Below are positions 9,064 through 10,049 of a stretch of 10,049 nt of DNA, piece after piece. The number at the start of each line of letters is the position of its first letter. Within the stretch, counting starts at the first letter, position 1. The notes below the pieces were generated by a model. The model searched no databases, was not told the DNA's origin, and saw only the letters and a list, made by a program, of their open reading frames with translations. Where the stretch lies: the NCBI GenBank assembly GCA_965233585.1, contig CBDDTI010000142.1, forward strand, positions 1-10,049, written 5' to 3'. The translations under genes were made by a program, and so were the position numbers. The DNA is from a bacterium. GTDB lineage: Bacteria > SAR324 > NAC60-12.

Positions 9064-9395
9064 GAGTAGCAGATGACTGCTTTACGAAGTCTGTAGGAAT
9101 TTCCGACGTAGGGAAAATTCCTGACAATCAGATGACAGCGTCCTCTGAGTATAACGCTGGTTACCAGGCTGCTTATGGTCGACTCAATGGTGACAGGGGC
9201 GATGGCTGGTGTGCCAAAGAAGCCGGCAGGAATGACGATTGGCTACAGATTGATCTTGGAAAAACGATCGAAGTGTGTGCTCTTGCTACTCAGGGAGACA
9301 GAAATGGTAATGAATGGGTTACAGCCTTCAAGCTGTCTTACTCTACGGACGGAAACAACTGGACACCTTACAAGGATGCAAATAGCGCGGAAGTG
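9064..9395 (+). CDS. F5/8 type C (discoidin) domain, first exon of the domain
   Basis: Branch-like CTAAT at 9041, acceptor tttCAG at 9063 (phase 1; in-frame alternative AGs at 9069 and 9072), and donor GTGAGA at 9396 (phase 0). Encodes VADDCFTKSVGISDVGKIPDNQMTASS...YGRLN...GWCA...WLQIDLG...ATQG...WVTAFKLSYSTDGNNWTPY...AEV, which are hallmark FA58C motifs. Confidence 0.95.
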
Positions 9396-9586
9396 GTGAG
9401 ATATGCTTCAGTATTTGCCAATCATGGGATAAATCACATCATGAACACTACATCCGTTCACATTTTAAGCGAGAGGTATGATTATATTTCTCAAACTCGT
9501 TAATAATCCATCAAGTTCAAATAAACGATGGTATTTTCAGTCTTTAGGAAGTCCGCATACAATCTCAATACTCTCTCAACTGACAG

Positions 9587-9725
9587 GAATTTCACAGGCA
9601 AGGCGACAGCAACACAATTGACCAACACAAGTTACCAGTGCCAGTTACTGCAAGATACCTTCGCTTTAATCCGACTCAGCGTCATTCTTGGAACTGTCTC
9701 AGAGTGGAAGTTTACGGAACTGAAC
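9587..9725 (+). CDS. F5/8 type C (discoidin) domain, second exon
   Basis: Acceptor tgaCAG at 9586, 139 nt, donor GTGAGT at 9726 (phase 1). Encodes EFHRQGDSNTIDQHKLPVPVTARYLRFNPTQRHSWNCLRVEVYGTE, with the FA58C C-terminal ARYLRF-x-P and LRVEVYG motifs. This frame is absent from the ORF track. Confidence 0.95.
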
Positions 9726-10049
9726 GTGAGTTGCTACCCTTACGAACTTACTAACATTTTTACGGCTAAGCCAAATTTTAAATCTCAATTTTTTGAGGCG
9801 TTGTCGTAATACTCTCTGATACTTGGTGAAAGAGACTTCCAGTGGGACAGCATCACGTACACAAACAAAAACATATGCAGCTAATCGACTGGGTAAAAAT
9901 ATACCATACGAGAATTTTTTGCCCAATCAAAGACTGCTGTAAAAATCGATGAAGCTGTTGGAAAAAGAGTTTGAAAGGTCTCAAAGATAAGGTATGTGAT
10001 TCTTAACGACTAACATCGATTCGCATTCCATCGAGTGAGCCGTTTGTAA

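Noticed and set aside
9132..9503. ORF as a standalone 123-aa protein
   Set aside because: Domain homology starts upstream of the Met and stops at the 9396 donor. The tail is intron read-through, and the domain finishes in 9587-9725.
1..10049. CRISPR array or prokaryotic operon/defence system
   Set aside because: No regularly spaced direct repeats, and the window has spliceosomal exon-intron structure and eukaryotic transposons.

Overview
AT-rich, intron-rich eukaryotic DNA. The repeat style suggests a cnidarian, probably a stony coral (inference). Most ORFs in the supplied track are spurious. Supported coding content is two minus-strand internal exons of a USP9X/fat facets-like deubiquitinase (5668-5772, 3272-3370) and two plus-strand exons encoding one complete F5/8 type C (discoidin) domain (9064-9395, 9587-9725). 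The rest is largely transposon debris: a tRNA-derived SINE, a ~1.3 kb element headed by a ~190 bp palindrome, several MITEs, a Penelope-like retroelement remnant (GIY-YIG tail plus two inverted hammerhead-ribozyme-like motifs), a decayed MADF-domain start with YY1/ZNF143-like motifs, and a probable LINE 3' tail. The most notable points are that the preceding USP9 exon is not visible before an opposite-strand gene begins, coinciding with a sharp CpG-density shift (nested gene or truncated USP9 duplicate), and that the Penelope hammerheads share a variant core. I found no clear evidence of a wholly new biological system.
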